Below are positions 20,677 to 37,090 of a stretch of 64,000 bases of DNA, in pieces (the stretch's first letter is position 1; the number at the start of each line of letters is the position of its first letter). The notes under the pieces are model-generated. The model searched no databases. It was not told the origin of the DNA and saw nothing but the letters and a program-made list of their open reading frames with translations. This DNA comes from the human T2T-CHM13v2.0 reference genome, Homo sapiens, in NCBI RefSeq assembly GCF_009914755.1, contig NC_060928.1. One strand, 5' to 3'. The position numbers and the translations under genes were made by a program.

Positions 20677-20948
20677 GGTATTTCTGACAGAAAATAGATT
20701 CGCTACATTTAGGCAGTGTTCCAAATTAGATATACCAGGAAATGTTTCTTCACAGTTTGTAATATGTGATAATGGCTTATGGCAATGTCAAGACTTAAGA
20801 GATGCATACCAATAAATGAAAGAGTTAAATGAATGACATGACTTTTGAGAATTGCTTTAATAGTTAAGGAAGAAAATTAGACAGATGAGGACAATGTAGG
20901 AAAATCTTGATAACTGTTGAATCTGAGTAACAGCTATTTGGGGGCTAA

Positions 20949-21479
<531 letters not shown>

Positions 21480-23419
21480 TAAAGTAAAGTTAACACTAAT
21501 AAAATGGCAGCTTTCCAGCCTCACCAATAGTAGTGATCTTGATAGTCACATCTTAAGGATAAATTCTGGTAGAGTTTTGCTCCTCCCTTTTCTTGTTTTT
21601 ACACTTGTTAAATAATGTTAGACCACCACAATTACTGGTAATACTGCTTGAATCAGTTAACTTCAAACACTGTCCAAGTTTAAGTCACTTCATACTAAAA
21701 AATACACAGTTTGGCATTCCATTGTAAGTATTTCAAGCTCATTAATTCATTTAAGATATAGCTTCCTTAAAAAATGCCACAGAAATATCCCTCATCTGGT
21801 TAACATACACAGGCAATGGCAAAATTAGCTTATTCAGTTGGCCTGTAGAGTAGCTTTTACGGTTCCATTCATTCAGTGGAAAGAACAGTTGCTGTATCTA
21901 TTGTTTAATGCATGCTTTCCAAACCCGGGGAAAGCCCTGTAGTAGAAAATTAAATGAAGGAGGAGCAATTTCATAATAAACATTTATCAAAAGGATTGAG
22001 ACAAAAATGTCAAGTTCTCTATGTCTATATCTGTAACAAATTAATCTTTGTTATCAAAATATGAAAAATAGCTTTGGTGGAGGAATCCAGAAAGATACAG
22101 TAGGAGGTTTCTGAGAAGCCAATTAATGGTGATTGAAACATGCTTTAAAAAGATTTTCTGTGTTAAAATATCCTTTGGTGTGTGTTGATAATGCTTCCAG
22201 CAGAGCATTTCAGTGTCATGTATGAAATAATGGTAAAAATCTGTGCTTAAGAGGAATAGAGACACCCCAGATTTTTCCAGCACTCCTTCATAAATAACAA
22301 AGAGGAGAGGACACATTTCACAATAGCAAGAGAATTCCTGCATATACAAAGAAAGATACCTTGCAAAATATAAACACAAGTCTTTAGATAGCCACATATT
22401 ATCCTCAAATCACATACCATAAAAACCAGTGTTACAAGTAAGCATGAATAGTGAAATTTGAATTTTTAAAGTTGAGGGGAATTTTGACTTACAAATCAAG
22501 TTTGTAAACCAAAGGGAAATTTAATTAAAGCTATGCAAACTACTTAATAATAGCAACTCTTTACAAAAGTTGGCTGAGAGCTTATAAAACTGCTTGGGTG
22601 ACAGCATCCATTTTCTCAGTTTTAGACTCGTTCTACATTTCAGCTACTGTTCTTTGAAGAATGTTTAAAAGTCACCTGTTGGAATCTACTGTAAGAGTTA
22701 ATGTAAGATAAACATTAGAAAATTTTTCAAGACCTTGCTCAACCAGCACTATAATAACAAGTGCTACCTTCAGATCTGATAACATAATTCTCACTGTCCT
22801 AAATACTTTCCCATTTTTTATATGTTTTGCAACAAAGGCACTTTGATAACTGGGTAAATGTACTGTAAACCTAGGTAGTGGACTCTAAGGCAAAACACCC
22901 CTTTCACTTCTTCCCCTCTAATTTTTTGGATGCTTTAGATAAAATCACATGTGGTTATTTGATCAGTTAGGATCAAGTAAGACTTTGTAAAAGGATAGGT
23001 AAGGTAAACAATTGACTTTGAAAGTTTTCCAGATTAACCCTTTATTAGAGTGTTCAGACCTTTAGCTCTTTTAATAGAAATGTCATATTATCTTTACTCT
23101 GTCAATTTTTCCAGCTCCTAGGGTCATCCTCAATGATCCCAGCCTATGCAACTGAATTAATTACACAGAAAATTACATGCTGTATGCCGTTCATTTCCTT
23201 GATTTTTTTTTCTCAGAAATATTTTGGCACCACCTTCAGTCCTAAGTGATTTAGAGTGAAGGAGAGCAAGGGAAGGGGTGTCAGGAAATGCAAGTCTACA
23301 GGTTAATGTGAGGGCCCTAGAGTGGAAAATGAGGTCGCGACTTAAGGCTGGAATGACTTCTCCCTTCCAACAGTAAAATCTCAGCACATCAATGCTTTTA
23401 TTTATAAGTATGTACTCTA

Positions 23420-24071
<652 letters not shown>

Positions 24072-24252
24072 TAGCTAGCTTTTTAATAACAATTGTAATA
24101 CATCTTCATGGTGTAGAATATATTTCTAACAGTATGGAAGAATGTAAAGTCAAAAGTACAAGTTCCCCATCCTACCCTATTGCCCATATTCATGTTCCAG
24201 AGGTAATGACTATGAATATATTTTTGGAAAAAGTGTCTTTTAATACATTATT

Positions 24253-24625
24253 ATTATTATTATTAATTTCATTATTATTATACTTAAAGTTTTAGGGTAC
24301 ATGTGCACAACGTGCAGGTTTGTTACATATGTATACATGTGCTATGTTAGTGTGCTGCACCCATTAACTCATCATTTAGCATTAGGTATATCTCCTAACG
24401 CTATCCCTCCCCACTCCCCCCACCCCACAACAGTCCCTGGTGTGTGATGTTCCCCTTCCTGTGTCCATGGGTTCTCATTGTTCAATTCCCACCTGTGAGA
24501 ACATGCGGTGTTTGGTTTTTTGCCCTTGCGATAGTTTGCTGAGAATGATGGTTTCCAGCTTCATCCATGTCCCTACAAAGGACATGAACTCATCATTTTT
24601 TATGGCTGCATGGTATTCCATGGTG
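24253..24625 (-). mobile_element. Short L1PA 3' end
   Basis: L1PA 3'UTR in antisense. TSD ttaatacattatt at 24240-52 and 24626-38. Confidence 0.88.
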
Positions 24626-25584
24626 TTAATACATTATTTTTAATTGAGTCCAACTGATACTCTCTTGTCACCCTCACTTGGTATTCAAGCTTTGCTTCTA
24701 GTTTCCTATTTTCTGTCTTATTCTTACCCCCTTGCAGTCATGGGCATCTGACCCCCTTAACCAAACCTGCCCTGCTTCCCAACTCTTCCTGCAATTGTCC
24801 TAGCATCTTCATCCTTCTCACTCCATTCTCTCCACCTCTTGGGTTTAAGTGAAACCCAATTCTGCTTTCAGCATAGAATCTCTACTTTCATGGAGCACTT
24901 CATCTCCAACTTTAGCTGGGCTCTCTGGGAAGAACTCTTCTGCACTTCATATTCCTATTCAACTATTATTTCAAACTAATAACCTCTAGTTTCTTTACAC
25001 TTCTTAATCTCCTCTTCCAACTCACAGCAAAAGATAACTCCTCTTACTTCAAGTGAAATAGGAGGTCATTAAGCCTCAAAATCCAACCTCGCCCTCAAAC
25101 TACAGACATCTACATCTACAATGCTTCTTTTATGTTCCCTTTCTAGTCTTTCTTTTTCTTTTTTTTTTTTTTTGAGACAGGATCTCATTCTGTCACCCAG
25201 GCTGGGTGCCATGGCATGATCATAGTTCACTGTAGCCTCAAAGTCTCAGGCTCAAGTTATCCTCCTGCCTCAGCCTTCCAAGTATCTGACAGTACCGGTG
25301 TGTGCCAACGTGCTTGGCTAATTTTAAGATTTTTTGTAGAGACAGGGTCTAACTTTGTTTCCAGGCTGGTCTTGACCTTCTGGGCTCAAGCAATCCTCTT
25401 ACCTTGGCCTCCCAAAGTGCTGGGATTACAGGCATGAGCCACTGTGTGTGGCCCCTAGTCTTTCAATAAAAAATACCTCTCAAGTATGGGTAATCTCCCT
25501 ACACCTCAAGGACCTTGATCTAGCAATTATACTCTCTTGCTCCCCCAGAATGTTCAATATGTCAACACTGATCTATTTTGTCTT

Positions 25585-25789
25585 AAAAAAAAAAAAAAAG
25601 ACAGAAAGACGAAAGAGACAAAGACAGAAAGAAAGAGGAGGAGAAGAAATAAAAAGAAGAGAGAAAGAAGACAGAAAGAGAGGAAGAGAAGAAAGAGAAG
25701 GGAAGAAAAAAGGAAAGAAAGAAACAGGGAAAGAAGGAGAGAAAGAAAGAAGGAAAAAAAGAAAGAAAGAATGAAAGAAAGAAAGAAAG

Positions 25790-25835
<46 letters not shown>

Positions 25836-25924
25836 GAGAAGAGAAAGAAAGGAGAGAAGAAAGAAACAAAGAGAGAGGGAAAGAAGAAAGAAAAAGAGGA
25901 AGGAAGAGAAGGAAAGAAAGAAGA
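25585..25924 (+). repeat. ~340-bp GA-rich/(GAAA)n low-complexity tract
   Basis: Almost pure purine run. Confidence 0.92.
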
Positions 25925-26744
25925 GTTCCACCATTGACTCCATAGTGCTCTCTAGCGACCAGCCCATGTTCTCTTCATCTCTTCAAAGCCACACTTTTTG
26001 AAAAGGCAGCTGTTTTCTTTCCTCCCAACTATTTTCAACACATTGTTCCCCTTTTCCTTCTGCGGAAGGTCCATTATGACTTCCTTCTTCTGAATCCAGT
26101 GAATGTGTTTCAGTCCTGATCTCAGTTATCCCGCTGTAGGTCAAATGGAACACAAAATAATAACAATAATTTGACAAACAACACCTTACAATATATACCT
26201 TTCCAGTTTCATCTGTTACCTTATTCTTTCCCCCTTGCCTGTCCCAGAGGAGATAAGAGTTAAGACTGTGTTTGGACCTACTAGATTCAAGCTCTGGCCA
26301 CACAGCTCACTCTCTGGTGATCATTGTTGGTAAGTCATTTATTCTCTCTGAGCTTCCCTCCACTTCCAGATCTGTAAGATGGAAATTGTTATGGCCCTTA
26401 TCCTATCATAACAATACTTGGCACACAGTAAGTGCTAAATAAATAGTAGTTAGACTTATTATTACTTTAAAATCAGTCCATTCTTCACCTCTTAACTGTT
26501 CTTCAAGCTATGCTTTTGCCTCAAATTTTTTCACTTTTTTTCTCAGTATCATTCATCCTTTAGGAAACCTTCTCTGATTTTATTACCCCTATTAGTTACA
26601 ATAGATATACCCACTTTTGCTCTCAGAGCACTAGTTACATACTTCTGTTAAAGTCCTTAACGCCTGGCATTAGAAAGTGTTAACTGACTATAGTCTTCCC
26701 CTCTTCCCTCTGCATGCTGTAAATTCCCTGAAGGCCGAGGGTAG

Positions 26745-27307
<563 letters not shown>

Positions 27308-28432
27308 TCAGGAAGCTGAGGCAGGAGAATCACTTGAACCCAGGAGGCGGAGGTTGCAGAGAGCCAAGATCACGCCATTGCACTCCAGCCTGGGTGACAG
27401 AGTGAGACCATGTCTCAAAAAAAAAAAGATGAAATGAAATGAAGCTTTTATTCATTATCTTTCAATTTAAGATCATAAATTTAAGACTTGTTCTCACTAG
27501 ACACACACACATTTTCAGATTTATTTTCTAATATTTCTAGGATGGAACTATCATTTTCTATCTCTGTGGTGGAGATATTTCCTCTTCTAGGAATTTCTTC
27601 TCTCATCAAGTCCAAACTCTCTCCCTCCTTGAGAATTCTCATAAATCCTATTTTCCTCATGACGACCACCCTAATTCAGTTAGTTTAAAATAAACTTCAT
27701 CCTCCTAACAATCACAGCACTTTTAGTAGTAGGCTTTTAAAGCCATCTATCACATTTGACTTTGTTTCTTTAGATTTTTATCAGTATTGAAATATGAGCT
27801 CCTTGAAGACAAGATTTAGCCCCTAAAGCTTAATGTGAATGGCCCAAGAACTGCCTTAAATATGGGGCATTCCTGTGTGGGCTGAAATATCTGCAGGACA
27901 TATTGCATAAAGCTAAATGAAATATTGAAAATTACTCTTTTCTAAATTAATCACAGCCCAGTGTCCAAAAGTCATGCTTGGAGGAAATCCCTAATGTCCC
28001 TAATTTACTGATGAGATAAAACTTTTCTGTAAAGATTATGATGCCAGCCAGCCACAGTGGCTCACACTTGTAAACCCAGCACTTTGGGAGCCTGAGGTGG
28101 GAGGATCTTTTAAGACCAGGAGTTTGAGATCAGCCTGGGCAACACAGCAAGACACTGTCTCTACAAAAAATACATTAGCTGGCATGATGGTGTATACCTA
28201 TAGTTCCAGCTACTCAGGAGGCTGAGGTGGGAGGATTGCTTGAGCCGAGGGGTTGAGGCTATAGTGAGCTGTGATCATACCACTGCACTCCAGCCTGAGA
28301 GACAGAGTGAGACTCCGTCTAAAAAAAAAGAAAAAGATTATGATGCCTTAATGATGAATATATTTACTTATACACTTATATATCAATGCATAAATATAGT
28401 GATGTTTATATTATAAACATTTATTACAATAA

Positions 28433-28762
<330 letters not shown>

Positions 28763-29271
28763 TAAAGTGCTGGGATTACAGGCATGAGCCACTGCGCCCG
28801 GCCAGTTTTCTTCATTTTAAAAACTGATTTCTCCTTACAAAATGTGTAATAATTCTTTCCATAGATAGCTAAACTAGCTGCTCTCTACCATGTTGTTCAG
28901 GAATCTAAAATTTCTTTTTAGCATAAATCCCATCTAATCCATTCCCCTCCTTACCCACCCCCATCTTCCTCTTCCTTCTTGGTATTACGGAAGACATGGC
29001 CAATCCTTCATATGTGCTGTGGGTCCCCTTCTCTCCCTAAGATTTCTTAGGAATTTCAAGCTGTACTTATACCTTTACCTCTCTGGATCATCGTGTCAAC
29101 TTGAAAGTTTAAATGGTGATAAGCCTATATCCTAAAACAAAAAAAACACACATATACACATCCACATACCCCTCAGTCAATGCTCTCATGATTTTTCTGT
29201 ACTCATTGTCCCTGATTCATTATTTTGTATTCACATCTAAATCCACTTTAATCTGCTTACATCTCCATTAG

Positions 29272-29523
<252 letters not shown>

Positions 29524-29856
29524 TGATCCATCTGCCTCGGCCTCCCAAAGTACTGGGATTACAGGCTTGAGCCACCGTGCCCAGTCTGATCTTTCTAAAT
29601 TAATTGACAAATTTTAGTCTTCTTCCTGATTTCACAGCAGAATTTAGCAGCTGGCTACTTGGCCTGCAAAAGTCCCTTCCCTTCAATTCCAGGGCACCAT
29701 ACTTATTTCCACTAAGTTCTCAGCCAACCCTCTGCCTCCTAAACAGGCTGTTGTACCCTGCAAGGTATAATAAAATGTATCTCTACTCTCTCCTGCTCTG
29801 TTTTATCCATTCCTTTAGCCTCAATTACCTCTTTACCCTTAAGTATCATACTCCTG

Positions 29857-30305
29857 AGGAAAAAAAGAAAAAAAGAAGATAACCACTCAAATGAATCAAG
29901 CCAGGGCTATTTATTCAGAGTTTACATAGCAAGGGAGTCAGCCAGCATCTCTTGAGTTTGGCAGAGGACCAAGACAGGCAGAGAATCAGGAAAGCTTCAT
30001 TGTGAGAAACAGAGAAGGCTTTAGGTATGATGTGACTGGAGATTGTTGGCATGGGAAAGCTGAAGGCAGGCTATCTAGAAGCATGATATCCTATTTAATT
30101 TGGGGAGTATATGTGGTTTTCTTCAGTTAGTCCTAAGCTAGAATCAGGGGAGGAGGGATAAAAAGGAAACTGGTAGTTCTTAACCATCTGGGACCAGCTG
30201 CTGCAGAGGTTGTGATTTGGCTTCCTGGGCTGGTTGCTGCAGTTTGTGGGTCAAAGCATTAATATAGGAGCTGGCCATTGTACACTTGTACATATTCAGT
30301 CTCCC
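29857..30305 (-). mobile_element. Old ERV1-class solo LTR (family uncertain)
   Basis: Minus-strand AATAAA near 29910 and repeated ctgcagagttgtg/ggttgctgcag motifs typical of MER89/90/110-type LTRs. Confidence 0.45.
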
Positions 30306-31229
30306 AGTTCCCAATTTGTCACCAGTTCACATTACACAAGCTCAACGACTGTTTACCTTGCAGCAACCTTCACACCTCCACTTTTGCTTCTCTTTTATCC
30401 ATTCTTCGTATTATGGCTTCTATACTTCTTAAGGTCCTTTAGTGATTTCTCATTACTCTTACAATTGAAATAAAATTCTGAATGTAAACCACAAAAGCAC
30501 TTCTCTGTAAGTTTGTCAAATATGTCATGTTCCTTACCACTTCAGGGCTTTTACACATTATTTCCTCCGCCTAGACGTGCTTTTTTCCTACTCTTCACCT
30601 TTTTCCTACTCAATGAAAATTTTGATTAAATGTCACTTCTCTTGAGAGTGTGTGTGTGTATGTGTGTGTGTACCATATATAACTTCTTTTTTTTTGAGAC
30701 AGAGTTTTGCTCTTGTTGCCCAGGCTGGAGTGCAATGACGTGATCTCGCCTCACTGCTAGATCCGCCTCCCGGGTTCAAGCGATTCTCCTGCCTCAGCCC
30801 CCCAATAACTTCTTTTATTACACTGGCCAAAGTAACCTCGGTGAGGGTGGGGTGGGAGTGGGGATGAGGGTGGGGGATATGTGGGGGCTTGGAGTTCTTT
30901 AGGTATCACATTTCATTTATGTCAAAATTGTGCTGGAGTTTAGTTCAATTTTATACTTAGTCTTCACATTTTTTTCTAATAGCAACATTTTTATATATAC
31001 GAAAATTATATGTGTATAAATATGACATATATACACATTATTTAAACATATGAAATCCATTTACTGCTTTGTCTTTTACTTAGCATCTAAGTGACATTTA
31101 ATCTAATTTACTTTAATATTGTATAAATATGACATATATACACATTATTTAAACACATATGAAATCCATTTACTACGTTTATCTTTTACTTAGATGTATT
31201 TATTTGTACATATGAAAACAGTAAGTTAT

Positions 31230-31350
31230 TTTTATTTTTATTTTACTTTAAGTTTCAGAATACATGTGTAGAACGCACAGGTTTGTTACATAGGTAAACG
31301 TGTGCCATGGTGGTTTCTTGCACCTATCAACCGTCACCTAGGCATTAAGA
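31230..31350 (-). mobile_element. L1PA 3' end fragment
   Basis: ttttactttaagttt...gtttgttacataggtaaacgtgtgccatggtggttt. Confidence 0.75.
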
Positions 31351-31378
31351 GACGGTCACTTTGAATGACACTGTAGTC

Positions 31379-31719
31379 CAGTCGGCCCTCCATATCTGTG
31401 GGTTTTTCATTAAATCAGCCAATGGCAGATTGAAAATATTCAGGAAAAAAAACAGAATGGCAGTATCTGTACTGAACATGTTCAAACTTTTTTCCTTGTC
31501 TTTATTCCCTAAACAATACAGTATAACAACTATTTACATACCATTTATATTGTATTAGGTATTATAAGTAATCTGCAAACAATTTAAAGTATACGGAAGG
31601 CTAAGTGTAATTTATATGCAAATACTACACCATTTTATATAAGGGACTTCAGCATCCATGGATTTTGGTATCCAAGGGAAATCCTAGAACCAGTTCCCAG
31701 GGATACTGAGGGATGATTG
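31379..31719 (-). mobile_element. MER2 (TcMar-Tigger) non-autonomous DNA transposon
   Basis: Degenerate TIRs cagtcggccctccatatc...gatactgagggatgattg. Internal MER2 text (ccattttatataagggactt.agcatccatggattttggtatcc). Confidence 0.8.
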
Positions 31720-34700
31720 CATTTCACTGTATGGATAGCCTTAATTTATTTATCTTGACTTTATTGATCAATATTTATGTTTTGTAATATTTATTTATGC
31801 TATTTTGAACAACGCTGCAGTGAATGGCATGCATACGTATTTGAACATATGTACACTTATTTTCTTGCAAAATACTCCTAGAAGTGGAATTATGAGGATA
31901 TGCATGTTTAATTTTTTTCAGTTATCATTTATACACCCGACAATTCACCCATTTAAGGTGTACAATTTAATGGCTTTTACTATATTCCTAAGTTGTGCAA
32001 CCATCACCATGATCAATTTTAGAACATTTTCATCATCCCATAAAGAAACCCCATTCTCATTAGCAGGCACTCCCCATTTCTCCCCAGCTGTTCAGTCCTG
32101 GACAGCCACTAACCTACTTTCTGTCTCTATAGATTTCCCTATTCTAGATATTCCATATAAATGAATTCTTGTGATATGTGGTCTTTGTAATTAGCTTTTT
32201 TCACTTAATGTTTTCAGGGCCCATCCCTGTAGTAGCATGTATCAGTACTCCACTCTAATTTACGACTGAATACAATTCCATGATATGGAAAAATCACATT
32301 TTGTTTGTCCAGTCACCTATTGATGAACATTTGGGTTATTCCGGCTGTTTGGCTAATATGAATCATTCTGCTGTGAACATTAGTGTATAAGTTTTTGTTG
32401 GAACATATGTTTTCAGTTCTCTGGGAATTAAAAGAGAGGAATTGTTGGGTCATATGGTTATGCTATGTGTAACTCATTGAGGAACTGCCAAACTGTTTTT
32501 CACAGTAGTGGCATCATTTCACATTCCCACCAGCAGTATACGTGGGTTTTAATTTCTCCACATGCTTGCTAACACTTGTTGTTATAGCTGTCCTAGAGGG
32601 TGTGAAGTGACAACTTATTGTGGTTTTGATTTGCATTTCCATAATGACTAAAATGTTGAGCATCTTTTCATGTGCTTATTGGATATTTGTGTCTCTTTGG
32701 AGAAATGGCTATTCAAATCCTTTGCCCATTTTTCAGTTGGATTATTTGTCTTTATATCGTTGAGCTGTAAGATATATATATATGTGTGTGTATATATTCT
32801 GAATACAGGGCCCTTATCTGAAATATGATGTGCAAATATTTTCTTCCATTCTGTGGATGTCTTTTTTTGGTGTTGTCCTTGGAGCAAAAAAGTTTTTAAT
32901 TTTATTGACATCAAATTAGTCTATGTTTTCTTTGGTAGCTTGTTCTTTAGATATTATATATTTAAAAAATAATCGAAGGTCACAAAGATTTACATCTACT
33001 TTGTCAATTTCTGCAAAGAGCCATTTGGTATTTGGATAGGGATAGTTTTAAATCTATAGATCAATGTAACAAGTATTGCCATTTTGACAAAATTAAGTCT
33101 TCCAATACATGAAATGGAATGTATTTCTCTTTGTTCAGGTCTACTTTAATTGCTTTTGTAGTATTCAGAGTACAAGTTTGTACTTCCTTTGTTAAATTTA
33201 TTCTAAGTATTTTATTCTTTTGATGCTATTGCAAACGGAATTTTCTTAATTTCATTTTTGAATTGTCCATTGCTAATGTATAGGCATATGATTGATTTTT
33301 TATTGATCTTATATCCTGAAATCTTAATAAAATTATTGATTCATTCTCATAGGTTTTTCAGAAGGTTCCTTAGGATTTGCTGTGCACAAGCTCACGTACA
33401 AGATCACCTGCAAATTGAGATAGTTTCTTCTTCCTTTCTAATCTGGGTTTCTTTTTTCTTTTCTTGCCTAAGTGCCCTGATAAGAACCTCCAAAGTAGTT
33501 CAAGCAAACATGTTTGTCTTATTCTTGGTCCCAGATTTAGTCTTTCATCTATTAAGTATTATGTTAGTTATGGGTCTTTGTAGATGACCTTTATCAGATT
33601 GAGAAAGTTCTTTTTCTATTGCAAGATTGATGAATGTTGTTATTATGAAGGGAGGATGTTTGTTTTGGTCACCTTCTTTTTCTGTATCTAAATTATCATG
33701 TGTGGCCAGATGTGGTGGCTCATGCCTGTAATTCCAGCACTTCGGGAGGCTGAGGGGGGCAGATTGCTTGAGTCAGGGAGTTTGAGGCCAGCCTGGGCAA
33801 TATAGCAAAACCCCATCTCTGCAAAAATTACAAATAATTAGCCAAGCAGGTGTGGTGGCATGCACCTACGGTCCCAGCTACTCAGGAAGCTGAAGTGAAA
33901 GAATCGCCTGATCCCAGGCCAAGGAAGTCAAGGCTGAGTGAGCTGTGATCAAACCACTGCATTCTAGCCTGAGCAATGGAGTGTGACCCTGTCTCAAAAG
34001 AAAAAAACATACAGAAAACCAAATATATATTCACACACACATATATATGTATATATATTATCATGTGTTATGTGTTTTGTCTCTTATTCTATTGATACTA
34101 TGCATCACATTAAATGATTTTCAGATGTTAAATTAACATTGTATTTCCGAGGTAAATCCCACTAAATCATAATGTTCTTCATATGTTGCTGAATTTAGAT
34201 TGCTAGTATTTTGCTGAGGATTTTTACAGCTACATTCATAAGAAATATTGGTCTGCACTTTTCTTATGATGTCTTTTTCTGATTTTGGTATTGGGTAACC
34301 ATAAAATGACGTGGGAAGTGTTTTCTCCTCTTCTAAATTTTGGAAAAGTTTGGGGAAAATTGATACTAATTATTCTTTAATTCATTTATAGGATTCACCA
34401 GTGAAGCCATGTGGTTCTTTTTGGAAAGTTTCTTAATTGCTAATTCGATCTTTTTTCTTGCTATATATCCATTTCAGATTTTTATTTCTTTTTGAGTCAG
34501 TTTTGGTAATTTGTGTCTTTCTAGGAATTTGTCTATTTTATCTAAGTTATCAAATTTGTTGGCACACAGTTGTTTATACTATTTTCTTATAGTTATTTTT
34601 TGTTTCTGTAAGGTTAGTAGTGATGTTCCCTCTTTCATTTCAGAGTAGTAGTTTGAGTCTTTTCTCTTTTATTCTTGGTCAGTCTAAATAAAGTTCATCA

Positions 34701-35710
34701 ATTTTGTTGCTATTTCCAAAGAAACAACTTTGGTTTTGTTGATTTTTGCTATGGTTTTTCCATTCTCCAGTTCATTTGTTTCTGCTGTAATCATTATTAT
34801 TTCCTTGCTTCTGCCTGATTTAGGTTTTGTTTGCTCTTCCATGTTTAGGGTCTTAAGTGAAATGTTAGGTATTCAATTGGGATCTTTCTTCTCTTTTACT
34901 ATAGATGTTTATAGGTATAAATTTCTCTTCAAGTGCTACTTTAGCTGTATTCCCTAAATATTCATTGTCAGTCATCTCAAAATACTCTCTTATTTCCCTT
35001 CTGAGTCTTCTTTGAGTTACTGGTTGTTTAGGAGTGTGTTGTTAATTTCCATATATTTGAGAATTTCTCAAATTTCTTTTGTTATTGATTTCTAATTTGA
35101 TTCCATTGTTGAATCATCTATTTTTCCTTTCAATTCTGCCAGATTTTGCTTCATGTATTTTAGGGCTCTAAGTATATATATCTTCATAATTGTTCTATCT
35201 TCCTCAGTTGACCCTTTTAGCATTATAAATGTCATTCTTTGTCTCTAGTAATAATTTTTGTCTTAATTTTTAAAACTATGACATTATTAGTATATTCGCT
35301 TCAGCTCTCTTATACTTGCTGCTTGCATGATATCTCTTTTTCCATCCTTTGACTTTCAATCTATTTTTGGCTTTGAATCAGAAATATGCCTTTGCAAAGA
35401 ACCTATGGTTAATCATGTTTTTTGTTTGTTTGTTTTTTTACCCCGTCTGACACAATCTGCCTTTTGAATGGATTATTTAGTAAGTTCATGTTTAATTTTA
35501 TTATTTATATGGTTGAACTTACGCAATTTTATTTTTTCTTTTCTATATGTCCCATGTCTTTTTTTGTTCCTCTCTTCCTCTTCTACTGCTTTCTTTGCAT
35601 TAAATGAATATTTTCTTGGGTTTGTATTTTGGTCACCGAAAAAAAAAATAATAAAAGGAAAGAAAAAATAAGAATATTGTGCAGTATAACATTTTAATTT
35701 ATTTAACAAT
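31720..35710 (-). mobile_element. Old L1M-type LINE-1 remnants (3'UTR and ORF2 fragments), interrupted by an Alu at ~33704-34008
   Basis: T-rich antisense L1 text. Decayed ORF2-like peptide at 32648-32914 ([27 protein letters not shown]). Confidence 0.8.
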
Positions 35711-35716
35711 TTTTTG

Positions 35717-36889
<1,173 letters not shown>

Positions 36890-37090
36890 AGTTTAAATTC
36901 AGCCTTTTAAAGACACATAGGTGCTGCATTTCTATTGGAAGGTAAGAATATATAAAGTTGCTTTCAGCACTGATAAACACTGATAAACTTCCATAACTCA
37001 TTATTAAAAAAAAAATTAGGCATGTGTTTATTGGTGTGCTGGATAGTATTTCTTTGATGTATTTGTTTCTCCCTTGCCTCTCAAATATAG

